DNA from: Fistulifera solaris
Taxonomy: Eukaryota
Assembly: GCA_030295235.1 (NCBI GenBank)
Contig: AP026128.1
Location: forward strand, 62,001 to 126,000
Length of the DNA: 64,000 nucleotides
Direction: 5' to 3'
Positions 12,383 through 25,184 of this stretch are shown here, piece after piece. A model generated the notes under the pieces. That model ran no database searches. It saw nothing but the letters and a program-made list of their open reading frames with translations, and had not been told where the DNA came from. Position 1 is the first letter of the stretch; every line of letters starts with the position of its first letter. The translations under genes were made by a program, and so were the position numbers.

Positions 12383-15300
12383 ATGGTGTTGAATGTTGCA
12401 GTCGATAGCCGCGCACCTGCCGCCGGCGTTGACATTGAAAATCGCACCTCGCCGAATGGTGAGGAATTATCGGTTGCGATGAATGAAATTCCAATCGAAC
12501 CGTACATGGAGATCGAAGCCATTGCCCAGATCCATCCTGAGAGTCGCATCAATCTCCAGAACATTGAAAAAAGTGCTGGCCTTTCATCTTCCGAAGCCGC
12601 TAAACGGCTTCTCACCTACGGGAAGAACCGCTTGACTCCTCCTCCTAAAATTCCCGAATGGAAACTGCTATTGAAGCAGTTCCAAAACACCTTTTGATGC
12701 TGCTCATTGCAAGTGCAGTGCTATCAGTGGTAGCTTTTGCTATTGCCGGCGATATTACAAACTTGTACTTGGGCCTTGCTCTCTTGGCTGTCGTCTTTTT
12801 GACAGGCTATGGTCAGTACCACGAGGAGCGAAAGGCTTTCAAGATAGTGGATTCGTTTTCCCTCATGTTGGCAACAACGTGCACCGTACTTCGCGATGGA
12901 CAACAGCAGACAGTACAAGTCGAGGAATTGGTGCCCGGGGATCTCGTTTTAGTCAAGGATGGGGAAAAAGTTCCTGCCGATGCGGTCTTGCTCCTATGCC
13001 GAGGGCTCAAGGCCGAGTGCGCCTCGTTGACTGGTGAGTCTGAGCCCATCCCTTGCTCCGATCAGGTTTCAGCGAAAGGAACAAGATTGCCAGAGTGCAA
13101 AAACATGATATTTAATAGTTCTTTGTGCTTTGACGGAACGGCAATTGGACTTGTACTACGAACGGGGGACAGCACGTCAGTAGGTACAATTGCGAAGCTA
13201 GCATCCAACACACAGTTGGGAGAGTCCACCTTGCAAAAGGAAATTCGTGTGTTTGTCGGTCTGATCGCTATTGTTGCAGTGACTATGGCATTGATTTTCT
13301 TCATCGCCAGTGTGTTCTTGCAAGGAGCCAAAACGTCGACCGATATCATCAAGCTCTTTGTTAACGGTTTCCTGATCATCATTGTTGCGAACGTACCTCA
13401 GGGACTACCATCTACTGTCATTTCTTTGCTTTCGCTGGCCGCTCGTAACATGGCGCAGCGATCGGTGTTGGTAAAGCGCCTGGATTGTGTCGAAACGCTT
13501 GGGTCCACTTCAATTATCTGCTCGGATAAGACTGGAACGCTCACCAAGAACGAAATGACAGTCACTGACATTTGGTACAATCAGAGGCTTGTGAAGCGTC
13601 ATCGTTGGGAAGCAAAGTCCTTGGCTAGCCACGAACCTCAAGCATTGTTGTATCGAGCCGCCATTCTCTGCAATAGGGGACAACCTATTTCTGACGCTGA
13701 TCAGGACATCATCAGCGAAAGTATTCGCGAATCGCAGCGACAACGTATCTCAAACGTTTCACGACTTTCGTGGGGAACGAGTGTCCAGCAGTCTGTCTTG
13801 TCATTAGAAACGCAAGCTCCCAGATTTTCTGGTAATCCCTCGGATTGCGCCTTGTTGACCTACTGCGATAGGATGCACTCGGTAATCAGTGTTCGCCAGG
13901 ACTACCCAATATTGTTTGAAGTACCTTTCAACAGCACAAATAAATGGCACCTCGTTATTGTCAAGTCCCGTGAAAGTCTTCGAGAAGAAGAAGACGAGAA
14001 TGCTGTCTACGAGGTTCTCATGAAAGGCGCCCCGGAAGTCATTTTGGATAGGTGTACCACCTTAGCCTCGAACCGTGCTACAAATGGCGAGAGTGAGATC
14101 ACAGACGCGTTCAGAGAAGAGTTCACTAAGACTTACAAAGATTTCGCACTGAAAGGCCGGCGCGTGTTGGCGTTATGTTCGCGCACTTTCCAAGCTCATA
14201 AGGACGTTGTGTTCACTGAAGACAACGGCATCTACAATCTCCCCTACACGCGATCTCCATTTCATTGGCTTGATTGCAATCATGGACCCACCTCGTGATA
14301 ACGTTCCAGATGCCATATCCAAATGTCATGGAGCAGGAGTGAAAGTCTTCATGGTTACTGGGGACCACCCTTTCACGGCCAAAGCTATTGCCAAGCAAGT
14401 CGGATTACTCAAAAGCGAAAACAACATTCTGCTATTGGAAAATGAAACCTCCGAGGTCGACTGGGAAACGTGCGAAGGAGCAGTAATTCATGGCAGCCGT
14501 CTCGATGGATTATCGGATGATCAGTGGAAATCGATTCTGTCAAAGTCAGGTATCTGCTTTGCCCGTACGACACCGGCGCATAAACTACTCATTGTGAAAA
14601 AGTGCCAGACGCTCTTGGGTGCCATCGTTGCGGTGACTGGCGATGGTGTGAATGATGCGCCTGCATTGAAGCAGGCGGATGTTGGAGTAGCAATGGGCTT
14701 GAACGGTTCTGCGGTAGCCCAGGAATCTGCCGATATCCTGCTCATGGACGACAACTTTGCTTCTATTGTTGATGCCATTGAAGAGGGGCGCAAAATCTTT
14801 GAGAACATCAAGAAGACGATCGCGTATACCTTGGCGCATATTCTGCCAGAGGTTGTGTCAGCTGTCCTGAGTTTGTTAGGTGGCCTCCCTGCTGGTCTGA
14901 CGGCATTGCAAGTCCTGACGATTGACCTCGGAACCGAACTGGGTCCTGCAATTTCCTTGGCCTACGAAAAAGCTGAAGCAAATCTCATGGAGCGGAAGCC
15001 TCGAGATCCTGCAAAAGATAGGCTGGTATCCCCTGCACTCATGATCTACTCTTACGTCATTTCCGGGGTGATCATAACGCTCGGATGTCTTATGGCGTAT
15101 TGGTTCTCTTACAAGCAAAATGACCTCCGCCTTTCTGATTTCCACGCCCCAGGTTACGAGAATGGGGATTTCTTTAGTTTAACGGTCTCGGAACCCGTGA
15201 CAATAGAGCGAACGCAAAGAACGTTCAGTGCGGCGGAGCAAAAACAGATCTTCTCGGAAGGTGTTACGGCGTTCTATATCACTTTGACTGTGGCACAGTT

Positions 15301-15563
15301 CTGTCATATCTGGGTCTGTAAAACTCGGATCAGCTCCTTATTTGTGCACGGCTTCGACAACAAGCTGACTTTTTTACGGAGTGGGGGTTGGGCTGGCGTT
15401 GGTAGTGCTCTTTTGTTACGTCCCTGGAATCCAGGATATCGTTGGAGCGACAATCGTTGGTTGGGTTCCTTGGGCTTGTGCCTTGGTAACTGGAGCTGCC
15501 CTTTTGATCTACAATGAGACCTCCAAATGGTATTTCCGACGCGCGAAATCTGCAGATACCTAG
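12383..15563 (+). CDS. P-type ATPase, type IIC (Na+/K+- or H+/K+-ATPase alpha-like); frameshifts near 12690, 14240 and 15375
   Basis: YGKNRLTPP, LTGES, VETLGSTSIICSDKTGTLT, MKGAPE, MVTGD, TGDGVNDAPALK and IDLGT across four overlapping ORFs. Confidence 0.92.
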
Positions 15564-16196
15564 TCCCTCTTTGTGAATTGTGTTGTGACGGTTGCTTCCG
15601 ATCGATGTTTTCTATCTTGGATAATTCCGGGAAACGAAGCGGCGAAATCGATACTCAGTAAATAACAGAAGTAATACCTTTTGAAGCACCGAAATCCTAG
15701 TAAGACTTTTTGCAGCTACTTGTATGTTTGCATCTTTGATTGTTTCTCAGGATCTTCAGAAAGATGGGATGTTCTATCTCAGCAGCTCTGAGAGGGGTCG
15801 GCAACCTATCGTTTTGTTTCGTGACATATCATTTTTACCGAGACTTTGCCTGGCAAACCATTTATCGTTCCAACGAAACGTAGAAAGGAATAAAGAATTT
15901 TGACCTGCCTCATAGAAGAAAAGGTCACATAGGCTGGCGTTATTGGACGAATGAATAATGAATACGGAGTAATAATTATAAAAAAAATAATAAAAGGTCG
16001 CGCTCGCTGCTCTCTCTTCGCAGCAATCGGGACTGTAAAAATTTTGAGTCGACTCCTCTGCGAGAGGAGATATAGACGCGATGCGATGCGATGAGGACGA
16101 TTTAAAAACAAAATAATCATCAACAATACAAGTCACATCCTTCATTCACTGAAACATGATGAACAGCTTCGTCAAGCAAAAAACATAATCACAAGT

Positions 16197-17717
16197 ATGT
16201 CAATCGTTGAAGGAGAAGCAGCGACGGAATCTGGAGCTATTAATTTCAACGAAATGATGATGTCATCAGAACGCCTCGACCTTTCCGACGAAGTATCATT
16301 TTTTAGTCCATTCTCTCGACCACTTGTTCGGCAACGAATCCATGACTTCTATAAAAACTTGACACTATCAGAAATATCCGGAAGTCTGGGTGATCTGGGA
16401 ACCTTCATTCCTCTATATGTCGCACTGTGTCGACAGGGATTGTTGTACCCGACCGCCGCACTCTTCTTTGCCGGCGTATCCAACGTCTTGACCGGATTCT
16501 TCTGGGATCTTCCCATGCCGGTACAGCCCATGAAAGCGATTGCGGCTGTCGCTTTAGTTGAGGGATTGTCACAAGAACAAGTGACGACGGCGGGTATCTG
16601 GATGGCTTTGTTCCTCTTTCTGTTAGGTTTCACCAACGCCATCGACCTGATCCATCGAGTCGTTCCGCAATCTGTTGTTTGGGGTATGCAACTGGGAGTT
16701 GGAGCCAATTTAGCCATCAAGGGTCTCGTTATGGTCTCTCAACTCACTTGGTTTGACGCGATGGACTGCATAGTGTTGGCGATCGCTTGTGCTCTCATGT
16801 GCGCCATTTTTCTTGCCGAATCCGTCGAAACTTCTGCAAACAATCATCCGGTGGGTGTATATATGTTTCTTTTGGGATCCATTCTAGCTCTTGTTCAGCT
16901 CCTCTCGGAAACAAATGGGGCTCCATCGAGTGCTTTATCACAGACAGGCATAGTCGATTGGGCTCTGCGCGATGTGACGTGGAAGGACTGGAAGGTCGGT
17001 CTCCTACAAGGTGCGCTACCACAACTTCCTTTATCGACTTTGGTGAGTCTGTTTTGTATTAATGAAATCAAACCTGTTGCATCCATCGCTAATGCCACAT
17101 TCTGTGATTAGAACTCTGTTATATCCGTCTGCTGTTTGGCGGATTCGCTATTTCCGGGTCGACGATCCGAGGAGCAAAGTGTACTTTCTCGTCGGCACGT
17201 TTGTGTGTCAGTGGGGCTTATGAATTTGTTGGTTCTGTTCGGCGCGATGCCCAATTGTCATGGAGCTGGAGGTCTGGCCGGACAGTACAAGTTTGGTGCA
17301 CGTCATGGGTCTTCCGTTGTTTTTCTGGGATCCTGTAAAGTTCTCTTGGCAGTCTTGTTCGGCAAGTATATCTTGATTTTTCTGGAGCATATCCCATCCG
17401 CCATTTTGGGTGTAATGCTCGTTGTATCGGGTCAAGAGCTTGCCTCCACTGGACTGCAATCTCTTTTCGCTCCTTTGTTGAGTGTCGGTGATCCAAGTAG
17501 TATGGGTAACGCGTTGCGGTCGCGCATGGAGATCACTTTGATCACTGCGATAATCATCATTGGTCTCAAAAAGACACACGTCGGTGCTTTGGTGGGAATA
17601 GTTCTTGATGTTGTGCAAAGATTTCGACAAACAAGGTTACAAAGTGTCGTTAGTGCATCAGGAAGTGCTCCTGTCTACTACGACCCCGTTCAAACAGGCA
17701 ACGGTGGCTCTAATTGA
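16197..17717 (+). CDS. MOT1: Molybdate transporter, MOT1 family; intron 17043-17111
   Basis: EISGSLGDLGTFIP, PMPVQPMKAIAAVA and MPNCHGAGGLAGQYKFGAR signature motifs. Confidence 0.9.
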
Positions 17718-17830
17718 GTGTCTATAAATTAATCACAATTTTTCTCTTTGGTAATTTTTTTTGACCTAATGGCAGGAAGGAGTTTTATATTTTGTTCGAC
17801 AAGAACATGCTCAATTTGTGAGCAATGCTT

Positions 17831-19562
17831 TTATTGCGATACTAGACTCTTGTTCAAAAGAGCACATTCGAATTTGATTGCCTTCAGCGCCTTATCGACG
17901 GAGATCCGGTTCATGGCATCTCTCGTCCAGTCGGCTACAGTAAAGGCAGCTTGTCCGTCAAGCACTTGCAGCTGTTGTACAGCAAGTTCCAGTTCACCAA
18001 GCTCTACATGCTTCTTTGCTCGAGCCAGTACAAATTCGGGGCTGTCTTTTTCGTCCTCGGGTGCTGGCTCGTCCGGGTCGGGAGCGTAACGGAGAGCGGC
18101 AAAGACCATACCAGCAAGCTGCCCTTCGAGCCCTTGTCGTCCAGCTGGGACTAAAGCGGCCTGGCGAGCTTTCTTAAACACCGTATTGAATCGCATCTGT
18201 AGCTCTGATAAAGTTGGAACGCCTGATTTCACCGAGTCTGGGATTGTGCTGAGAGCGGTCGCAATGACTCCGTCTTTTCCAGCCGCTGCCTTGAGTGCAT
18301 TCAATTCAGACTCCGCATTTTGGCTCGTTTCTAGTTTTTCTGACAAGGCCAACGCCGCTGCACTCAATCGATGAGCTTTATCAGATCCCTCTTTTCGTGA
18401 CTGAGATGCTTCTAAGGCGCTTTCTAACTGAGCCAGCTTTTCGGTCAATACTTTTATGGCATCCGCTTTAGCCTGAAGATCGTTCGTGCTTTGTTCCATA
18501 ACTTCGGCCAATTTGTTACTAAATTCGGCTTCCAAATTCGTCTTGATCTCCATAGCAGTAACCTCTTCAAACGTTTTCATTTCTTCCTCGTGTTCGCCCT
18601 TTTGCGTAGCCAACGCGGAGCTCACAACTCCTTGAATCGTCGCGTCTTTATCCTCCAAAGCTTTGCGCATACGATCAGAGTATTCGAATTCTTTCTCTCG
18701 GATCTTTTTTGCTAACATATCTTCAAACTCGATACGCTGCTTTTGCAAGGCTTCCATGTACCTGAAAATGAAAAACACGTGAGGAACGTGATACGTAGAA
18801 ACGTCAAGAGAATCATTGAACCTACATTGCCTCGGTCTCTTTTTTCTTTCATGGTCAAAAACTCCTTTAAACGCACGGCTTCCCAACGTGTACGGTCCTT
18901 GATTTCCGATGAAAGCTGGACCACGCGCGCTTTGAGCTGCGAGATGGACAAGGAATCCAAATCGTGAAAGTAATTCGCGTCGATCGATGACCACGCCGAT
19001 TGATGCGACTCCAACAGACTCTTGGCCGCTTCTTCTGTGCGAGAGCCTACCAACGATTGAATAGCCTTGTCGGTCATTGTAGAATCGTGGACTTGGCTAG
19101 TTGACTCCTTCGGCTTGTCGAGGCGAACAGCGACGCGGTTTCCTCCTTCGGGGTGTACCATTTTGGGTACGGCTTTCCCCGCCGTATTTTTCATACCCGG
19201 AGGAATTTGTACATCGTGCACTTTGTTGGCAACAGTGCCTTTTTCCTTTGCGCTGGTGATGGGGTTTCCACGGTAGTCGGTGCCGATGGCGAAGAGGATT
19301 CGTTGGTGGAAGATAGGTAGAAATAAGCAGCACCACCAGCTACAGCGCCCAATCCCGCCAAAATCAGCGGCATAGATGATCCAGATGAGCCAGGGGGAGC
19401 TCCAACCGGCGGAGGAGAAGGCGCAACACCATCCGGCTTTTTACCCTCCAACTGATCGGGGTTGAGTGCGCGTTTTTGTCGAGACGTGCCGGCCGCCGCC
19501 GTCATCCACCGCTGTTTCGCCAATTGCGATGTTTGATTCTGTATTAAGACCCGTCGTAACAT
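17831..19562 (-). CDS. MIC60: Mitofilin / MICOS subunit MIC60; intron about 18762-18825, frameshifts near 19262 and 18840
   Basis: Arg-rich mitochondrial presequence, TM segment ILAGLGAVAGGAAYFYL, long coiled coil, mitofilin C-terminus (VLARAKKHVELGELELAV...VADWTRDAMNR). Confidence 0.8.
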
Positions 19563-19663
19563 CTTGATGAAGGTATAACAGAAATATTTTACACAAATAA
19601 TAAGGCCGCAACAATAAATGCGAGCGCCTTCGTCATCATTGCGTCGACAAAAGATCCGCGCAC

Positions 19664-20173
19664 TGTTGAAATTTCTACCGCGGTCTGTAACTGCTCTCGG
19701 CTATCGGGGACTCCACACACCCCAGACAAAAGACTATTGAAACAACGAACTTTTGCTCCAAACACTCGTTTACAGAATTATGACGATTTCCTACGATTAC
19801 TTTCGCTTTCCTCTTTTCACTGGTCTCCGATCTGATCTTGATCTGATCATGATCCGATCTTGCCAAGTCCATTTCTCCAATAACAACTTTAGGATAAAAT
19901 AGCCCTTTCTGCCAATCCACCAGATTCTCCATTATTGCATGTTCCTTAGCAACTAGCAACAGTCATCGTCCATAATTGCATACTGGATTCTTCCGTGATC
20001 CCAAATCCCCAAACATATAGTTCGAAACACTTCCGAGACTCCTTTCACGAGTAGAATGCTTTCCCAATAAACTAGGCGGTCATTTCGAACCATTCCGACA
20101 TCCGATGACGTGTCAACTCATGACTGAATAAATCTTTCAGTCCGACACTCAACCTCGACCTCGCTCTTTGACA
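19664..20173 (-). repeat. 3' LTR of element A (510 bp, TGTCAAAG...TTTCAACA on the minus strand)
   Basis: Direct repeat of 24531-25038; TG...CA termini; preceded on the minus strand by the PPT GACAGGGAGGA (20174-20184). Confidence 0.95.
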
Positions 20174-23100
20174 TCCTCCCTGTCGGCTGCTAAGATTAAC
20201 TGCGTCATGAGTCCTTCTCTAACAACAGGCACCAAAAGATCATGGATTTTCTCTGTCACATTCTTGGTTTCCAGATCTGCAATATTCCTTTCCGATCGAA
20301 TAAACTTCACAACCAGCCTGGCTTCTTCCTTCTCCGTTGCAGCCATCATCTCCCTTATAAAATGCATTCGAATATCAATGTGTTTCGTCCTATTCCCCAC
20401 AACTTGGTTTTCCATCAAGAAGATTGCGCCCGTGTTATCTTCAAACAAGGTAGCCGGTCGAATCTTCACCTTCGGAAACAATTCTTCGAATAACATCTGC
20501 AAAAACTTGATGTCCGTCGCACACGTAGATGCCGCATAATATTCCGCCTCCGTACTTGACAGTGTCACCGCCGGTTGCAACTTGCTTGAAAAGCCACACA
20601 AACAACCTCCAATGGTAACAAAGTAGCCAGTAACACTTTTCCGCGTCTCCTTGTTCGTAGCAAAGTTTGAATCCACCCATGCGTAAACCTTCAAATTAAC
20701 AGGCTCGCGCAACTTCAAATGAACGTCCGTACTCTCGAGATAGCCGACCAATCTCTTCATCGCTCTCCAATGTTCTTCACCTGGCGAATCCATAAACATT
20801 GCAAGCTCCCTAACTGCATTTCCACATTCCGGAGCTACTTTCCGCACCAGCCACATGAGACGTCCGAGAAACTTCCGATACTGATCCTTATTAACTGGAT
20901 CGCCTTCGTTCTTCACAAGCGATTCCCCTGGATAGCCCGGTGTCTTCTCAGCTTTCAACGGTCCAATCAGCTCCTTCCAATCCTTTACTATCTCGTCTTT
21001 GTACTCATCCATTCGCACTTCGTAGAACTCTCCTGCTTCATCCGATTTTCTCTCGTACCAAACTCCCAAGTGTTTCTGAATCGGGCCCATCTCGGTAATG
21101 TTGAAGCGCTTCTTGATCTCTCTCTTGAACCAATTGATTTCTTCTTGGGGACCGGCAAGGATACAATCATCGACATACACCACAATGATTAATACTGTCT
21201 CGCCGTTCACCACTTTAAACCAGACACACGGATCCGCAGCACTCTGAATAAGCCCCAGCTTCCTCAATTGGGCACAGTAGAGCATGAAGTACTCTCGTGG
21301 ACTCTGGACCAAACCGTACATCGCCCTCTCCAATAGGATGATGTAGTCAATTAACTCTTCATGCGTGATGTACCCAAACTCATATAGCCCAAAGGGCCAT
21401 TCAAGATACACCTCCTCTCTCAACTTCGCTTCTAGAAACGCAGCCTCAACGTCAATAACTTCAGTGACCCACATCTTCTTCCACATGTAAAGTACCACTG
21501 CCAAAACCATTCGAACCGACATGTCCGATGCAACAGGTGAATGCGAAAGAGTGAAGTCCACACCAGGGATTTGAACAAACCCCCGCGCACAAGTCCGAGC
21601 TTTGAAACGAATTCCCGTTGCCTCTTTCTTCTTTTTGAAAATCCACTTCGGCGTAACAGGCTTCCGTCCTCTCTCCTTCATCTGCTTTCTAGGAACCATC
21701 TTCCAAGCATCTCTTTTAATGAAATTTTCAATCTCCTTCTTCATTGCCTCTTTCCACTTGTCTGCATCCGGACCAACCAAGGCTTCCTTGTAAGTTTTCG
21801 GCGCACCAGGATCCGACGCCAACTCCGTATTCAAAACGTAGTGAAAATAACCTTCCGACACATCGATTGTATTGATCTCTCCTTTGGCGTTCATTGTTGG
21901 ATTATATGAAGTGTCCAGCCTTGCCATTTCTCTATTCAGTCTTTTCATCGTCGATTGCGTCTCTTTCCGTTGATTCGGTGCTGGAGTATTGTCCGCCGTA
22001 GCCTCGGGTACCAGAGCTTCCGTAGGACCTTCCACAGCCACTTCGACAACTTCCTCTGCCGCTTTCTCTTCCACAACTTTCCTCCCTGCTCCAGCATCGA
22101 CATCTTCGAGCATCACCGGTTTGATTGCGACTTCCTCCCCAATTTGGTCATCCTTTAAGTCGACTTCCATTCCAGCTGCAAACATCCTTAACTCTGATGC
22201 AACTGAAGCACTCGATCCATGCCAGTCTGCCCAAGTGACGTCACGTGAGAGAATGACAATATTTTCATCCGGCTTGTAAACACGATACGTATCGCCCGCA
22301 TGCGAATCCGCGTACCCAACCATCACGCATTTCACTGACTTCTTCTCCAACTTGGGCTGTTTGTTTCGTAAAGTCACATATCCGATCCGCCCCCACTGAA
22401 CCAAGTGTTTCAGTATCTTAGGATGCTCGCCGTACCACGCATAATCAGGGCTCGATTCCACATTCCGATTCGGGACAGCGTTATCCAACTTCGTTGCCGT
22501 GTGAACAGCCTCGGGCCATAACTTTCCTTGATGCTCATCCGACAACTTCGCCGCCAACATCATCGCAAGGGCCTTATCGCGAATTGTCGTGAACTTCCTC
22601 TCAACAACACCGTTCATCTGCGGAGTATGCGGGGCAGTAAACTCCATAGTTATGCCCCTCGCCTCACAGATCTCCTTGAATGTTCCGTTCTCGCCTGCAT
22701 TATCACACCGAATGTACTTTACGATTACGTTCGGATCTCCTTTCAAGCGATCAAGAAATAGCGTCATGACTTTGCCAATCATCGACTTCTTTGTAACGAA
22801 GTAACTCCAAGCTTTGCGCGTGTAATCATCCACCAATAAGATCCAGTAGCAACTCTGTCCCAACGATTTCTTGTAGGGCCCACTCGTGTCCACGTAGAAT
22901 CGTTCTCCTTTCGCCGTTGCTTTGATAGCCGTCGACTTGCACACCGCCTTTGCTTTCGCCTTCGCATACGCGCACGCCTCGCATGTCTCCTTGGTTCCAG
23001 TTAACTCGATTCCCAACTGTTTCATGAGACTCTTCAAAGGAATGTCGCTGGCGTGTCCGTACATATCGTGCGCAGCATTTATGTCCATCTTCACTTTGGT

Positions 23101-24481
23101 CTCCACCGCATGGACATCTGACTTAACAACGCTAGCCTTCAAGTAGTATAACCCATAGTGTGACTGAGGTACCGTCAACACACTCTTTCCGGAGGGGTCA
23201 GTGATCTTCATCGCACAACTGGTTATCTCAATCTTGCACCCTTGCTTCACTAAAGCCCCAGTACTGATGATATTCTTTGCGAACGTTGGCGCCACCTTGA
23301 CTTCACTCAACTTCATAGTACCACCCACAGTAGCGAGCATGAGTGTACCCTTCTTGTGTACTTGGACTTCCTTTCCGTCGCCGACGACCAAATACTCCTT
23401 CGTCGAAATAACATCGCGCAAAATCGTTTCATCCAAAACAACATGGCACGTCGCTCCACTGTCGAGAAGAAACCTTTCCTTGTCGTTGACTCTCGACGTT
23501 TCGACCGCACCAACTTGATGAACGACGCCACAGAACTCTTCGCCGCCTTTGCCGACCTCATAGCACATGCCAACGAACATGTTCAGGTCCTTGTTCTCCG
23601 ACTTCGGATCCTTGCCGTTCGACTTGTCCGGACACTCGCGAGAGAAATGGCCTTCCTTGCCACAGTTGAAGCAGACTTTCTTCTTGTCGCTCTTGCACTC
23701 CGCTGCCTTGTGTTCCTTGTTTGCCGCAGTTGCGGCACTTTCCTTGAACTTCTTCTTAAAACCACCCTTGCCCTTTTCGACGTTTAATGCTAAATTTTTA
23801 TTTTCTTTTTTGTCTTTTTTCTTTTTCTTCGTTTTCTTCATCGTTCTTGGGCTTGAAACAGCGCTTCCACTTGTTCCGGATCTCCTTCTCGAGGTCTTCA
23901 ATCGAGGTCTCGTTGATCTTTCCGCTCAACTTCGTGATCACATCCGAATACTCGTCAGGAAGGTTGGCCAAGTAGTGGGCTTTCAAAACGAAACTTGGCT
24001 TCACATACTGCGATCCGATTGTCTTCAAACGGTTCTGTAACCGATCGCACTCCAGGAAGAACTTGTCAGGGTCATCTTCCTTCGACGCCAACTTGCACCG
24101 TCCGAACTCCGCCAACACCTCCGCCAAATCTTCCTCGCTGTTCCGGGCGTACTTAGCATCCAAAAGCTTGAATGCGTCTCTCGCATCACCATCCGCTCTC
24201 TTGACAAGACCCAAAGGAACGCCTTCGCACGCAATCACCAACAAATCGATGATCTCGAGATTGCTTCGATACAACTCCTTGTCCTTCGCCGTCGCCGTCG
24301 CTCCCATCGCAACTTCCTTCGTGGGGATCTCGGCCTTCAGGTCATCGAACACACTTGTCCAACCTCTCTTCGTGATCAGCGACATCGTCTTGAACTTCCA
24401 GTCATCGTACGACTTCTCAGCGACCTTGTCGTCCAACGGGTAGAAGGTCAAAGCCCTCATCTTCTCTCCCTCGTCGGTCAT
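20149..24481 (-). CDS. Copia Gag-Pol polyprotein, interrupted by one extra A in the A6 run at 23815-23820
   Basis: Gag (ORF 23798-24481); zinc knuckle CFNCGKEGHFSREC; protease LLDSGAT; integrase HHCC and VDTSGP/RCDNAGE/NGVVER; RT YVDD; RNase H VDSNFA/TEAEY/EDN. The stop codon lies inside the 3' LTR. Confidence 0.95.
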
Positions 24482-24513
24482 CTTGTCTTGTCTCGTAAAC
24501 TTTTTTTTCTCAA

Positions 24514-24530
24514 CGCCACGCTTATAAGCG
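24514..24530 (-). other. Primer-binding-site position of element A: 12-nt palindrome CGCTTATAAGCG followed by TGGCG
   Basis: Immediately follows the 5' LTR ...TTCAACA. CA-CGCTTATAAGCG-TG is a perfect 16-bp palindrome. Confidence 0.8.
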
Positions 24531-25038
24531 TGTTGAAATTTCTACCGCGGTCTGTAACTGCTCTCGGCTATCGGGGACTCCACACACCCCAGACAAAAGA
24601 CTATTGAAACAACGAACTTTTGCTCCAAACACTCGTTTACAGAATTATGACGATTTCCTACGATTACTTTCGCTTTCCTCTTTTCACTGGTCTCCGATCT
24701 GATCTTGATCTGATCATGATCCGATCTTGCCAAGTCCATTTCTCCAATAACAACTTTAGGATAAAATAGCCCTTTCTGCCAATCCACCAGATTCTCCATT
24801 ATTGCATGTTCCTTAGCAACTAGCAACAGTCATCGTCCATAATTGCATACTGGATTCTTCCGTGATCCCAAATCCCCAAACATATAGTTCGAAACACTTC
24901 CGAGACTCCTTTCACGAGTAGAATGCTTTCCCAATAAACTAGGCGGTCATTTCGAACCATTCCGACATCCGATGACGTGTCAACTCATGACTGAATAAAT
25001 CTTTCAGTCCGACACTCAACCTCGACCTCGCTCTTTGA
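24531..25038 (-). repeat. 5' LTR of element A (508 bp; lacks the terminal TG)
   Basis: Matches 19664-20171. The identity ends at ...CTCTTTGA (25038), two bases short of the LTR terminus. Confidence 0.95.
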
Positions 25039-25184
25039 ATACGGAGTTGGCGTCGGATCCTGGTGCGCCGAAAACTTACAAGGAAGCCTTGGTTGGTCCG
25101 GATGCAGACAAGTGGAAAGAGGCAATGAAGAAGGAGATTGAAAATTTCATTAAAAGAGATGCTTGGAAGATGGTTCCTAGAAAG
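25034..25184 (+). repeat. 151-bp inverted duplicate of the pol segment 21685-21835
   Basis: Reverse complement of 21685-21835, identical by eye (encodes NTELASDPGAPKTYKEAL...WKMVPRK). TTTGA microhomology with the LTR end at 25034-25038. Confidence 0.95.

Larger units (their letters stand above)
19664..25038 (-). mobile_element. Full-length Ty1/copia LTR retrotransposon (element A; diatom CoDi-like), recently inserted
   Basis: Two LTRs that look identical by eye, gag-PR-IN-RT-RH domain order, and a PPT next to the 3' LTR. Confidence 0.97.

Noticed and set aside
19675..19959. Identical 94-aa ORFs at 19675-19959 and 24542-24826
   Set aside because: Both lie inside the LTRs, start at TTG and show no recognisable motif. 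Their identity only reflects LTR duplication.
23798..23830. Programmed gag/pol ribosomal frameshift
   Set aside because: The shift is one extra A in a homopolymer upstream of the Gag zinc knuckle. Copia elements usually have a single ORF, and similar indels occur throughout the window, so an assembly error is more likely.
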